A stretch of 27,164 nt of DNA from Syntrophales bacterium (lineage in GTDB: Bacteria > Desulfobacterota > Syntrophia > Syntrophales > UBA4778). The position numbers and the translations under genes are program-made. The first letter of the stretch is position 1. The number at the start of each line of letters is the position of its first letter. The stretch is taken from the NCBI GenBank assembly GCA_963665615.2, contig CAXXQE010000006.1:558001-585164 (forward strand), given 5' to 3'. Positions 25,964 through 27,164 of the stretch are shown here, piece after piece. The notes under the pieces are model-generated. The model was not told the origin of the DNA. It saw nothing but the letters and a program-made list of their open reading frames with translations, and did not search any database.

Positions 25964-27163
25964 TTAAAATTCCATCAGACCTTCCATCTCCGCCATAATC
26001 TGCTGATTGGCGAAGTGCCGGGCCAGGATGGCCGACGTCGGGCAGGAGGCAGCGCACAGACCGCATCCCTTGCACAGGGCCTCGTTGACTTCGGAGACGC
26101 CCTTGTCCGCCTTGTAGAAGGGCGCACCGTAGGGGCAGACCTTCACGCAGTTCTGGCAACCGCAGCAGATATTGGCGTTGACAAAGGCGGTCGCCGCTTC
26201 CAGCTCCATCTTCTCCTTCACGACAATCGTCAATGCTTCGGCCGCGGCGCCTGTTCCCTGGGACACCGTATCGGGGATGTCCTTCGGTCCCTGACAGGTT
26301 CCGGCGATGAAGACCCCTTCGGTCATCGTGGAGAGCGGCGCCAGCTTGGGATGGCGCTCCATGAAAAAGCCGTGTTTGTCCGTGCTGAGATTGAACATGC
26401 GGGCGACATCCTTGGCATCGCTCCTGGGCTTCATGGCTGGCGACAACACGACCATATCGACCGGCACGCGCAGGAAGGAACTCGTCAGGGTGTCTTCCAC
26501 CTCGACGATCAGCTTGCCGGGTTCTTCCGCATCGTTGGTCTTGTCAGTTACGCGTGCCGCCTTGCCGCGGATAAACTTCACGTCCTCTTCCAGCAGGCGG
26601 TTGTAGAACTCTTCGTAGCCCTTCCCCGGCGAACGCATATCGATATACATCTGGTAGACATCGGCGCCGGTTTTCTCTTTGAGCAGATGCGCGAACTTCA
26701 GCGAATACATGCAGCAGACACGACTGCAATACTCGCAGTTGTTCTTGTCACGGCTGCCGATGCAGTGCAGGATAGCCACGCTCTTCGGTTCTTTGCCGTC
26801 GCGCATGATGACCTTGCCGCCAGTCGGGCCGGCGGAGTTGAAGAGGCGCTCGATCTCCAGCGCATGATAGACGCCGGGAAGCGCACCGTAGCCGTACTGA
26901 ACCAGCGGCGCCGTATCCATGAGGTCGTAGCCGGTGGCCAGAATGACCGCGCCGACGTTGATGTGCAGGAGTTCATCGGCCTGCTCGTAGTCGATTGCCC
27001 CCTGTTCGCACACCTTTTCACAGAGTCGACACTTGCCTTTGAGGAAATAGGTACAGGAATCGCGGTCAATGCGTGGCTTCTGCGGAACCGACTGTGGGAA
27101 GGGGATGTAGATCGCCTTGCGCTTCGCGAGCCCTTCGTCGAATTCGGAAACGCCCTTGCCAGG
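25964..27163 (-). CDS. hdrA: Heterodisulfide reductase subunit A (5' end outside window)
   Basis: Frame is open to the window edge (..EFDEGLAKRKAIYIPFPQSVP..CRLCEKVC). Also CIGSRD, YCSRVCCMYSLK, YIDMR, GTCQGPKDIPD and a C-terminal CKGCGLCAASCP. Confidence 0.95.
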   Translation of the reverse strand, partial: PGKGVSEFDEGLAKRKAIYIPFPQSVPQKPRIDRDSCTYFLKGKCRLCEKVCEQGAIDYEQADELLHINVGAVILATGYDLMDTAPLVQYGYGALPGVYHALEIERLFNSAGPTGGKVIMRDGKEPKSVAILHCIGSRDKNNCEYCSRVCCMYSLKFAHLLKEKTGADVYQMYIDMRSPGKGYEEFYNRLLEEDVKFIRGKAARVTDKTNDAEEPGKLIVEVEDTLTSSFLRVPVDMVVLSPAMKPRSDAKDVARMFNLSTDKHGFFMERHPKLAPLSTMTEGVFIAGTCQGPKDIPDTVSQGTGAAAEALTIVVKEKMELEAATAFVNANICCGCQNCVKVCPYGAPFYKADKGVSEVNEALCKGCGLCAASCPTSAILARHFANQQIMAEMEGLMEF

Positions 27164-27164
27164 G

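Noticed and set aside
25330..27163. Selenocysteine forms of MvhD/HdrA
   Set aside because: All visible motif positions are Cys and the frames are open. The HdrA N-terminus is outside the window.

Overview
Bacterial chromosomal segment with gene content typical of a syntrophic Desulfobacterota (Syntrophales-like 'deltaproteobacterium'; taxonomy is inferred). Left to right: 3' part of lolA, DUF2905 protein, PflX-like radical SAM, a broken DUF2442 gene, patatin-like hydrolase, proA-nadD, a minus-strand mfd-PPIase-surA-like-uvrA operon, a PAS protein with a Cys/His C-terminal tail, a DmeF-like CDF exporter, a Ser-rich orphan behind a perfect sigma28 promoter, a yybP-ykoY (Mn2+) riboswitch leading htpX-terC, a FadL/OmpP1-family porin, and the electron-bifurcation cluster hdrA(partial)-flxD(mvhD)-flxC-flxB-flxA-nfnA-nfnB. 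The intergenic spaces hold several families of palindromic/MITE-like repeats. No rRNA, tRNA, CRISPR array or intact transposase was seen. Best leads: the sigma28-driven Ser-rich protein, the Mn riboswitch placed directly on htpX, Flx-Hdr next to NfnAB, and the stand-alone PAS/putative Zn-finger protein between repeat remnants. All calls come from manual motif recognition; no searches were run.
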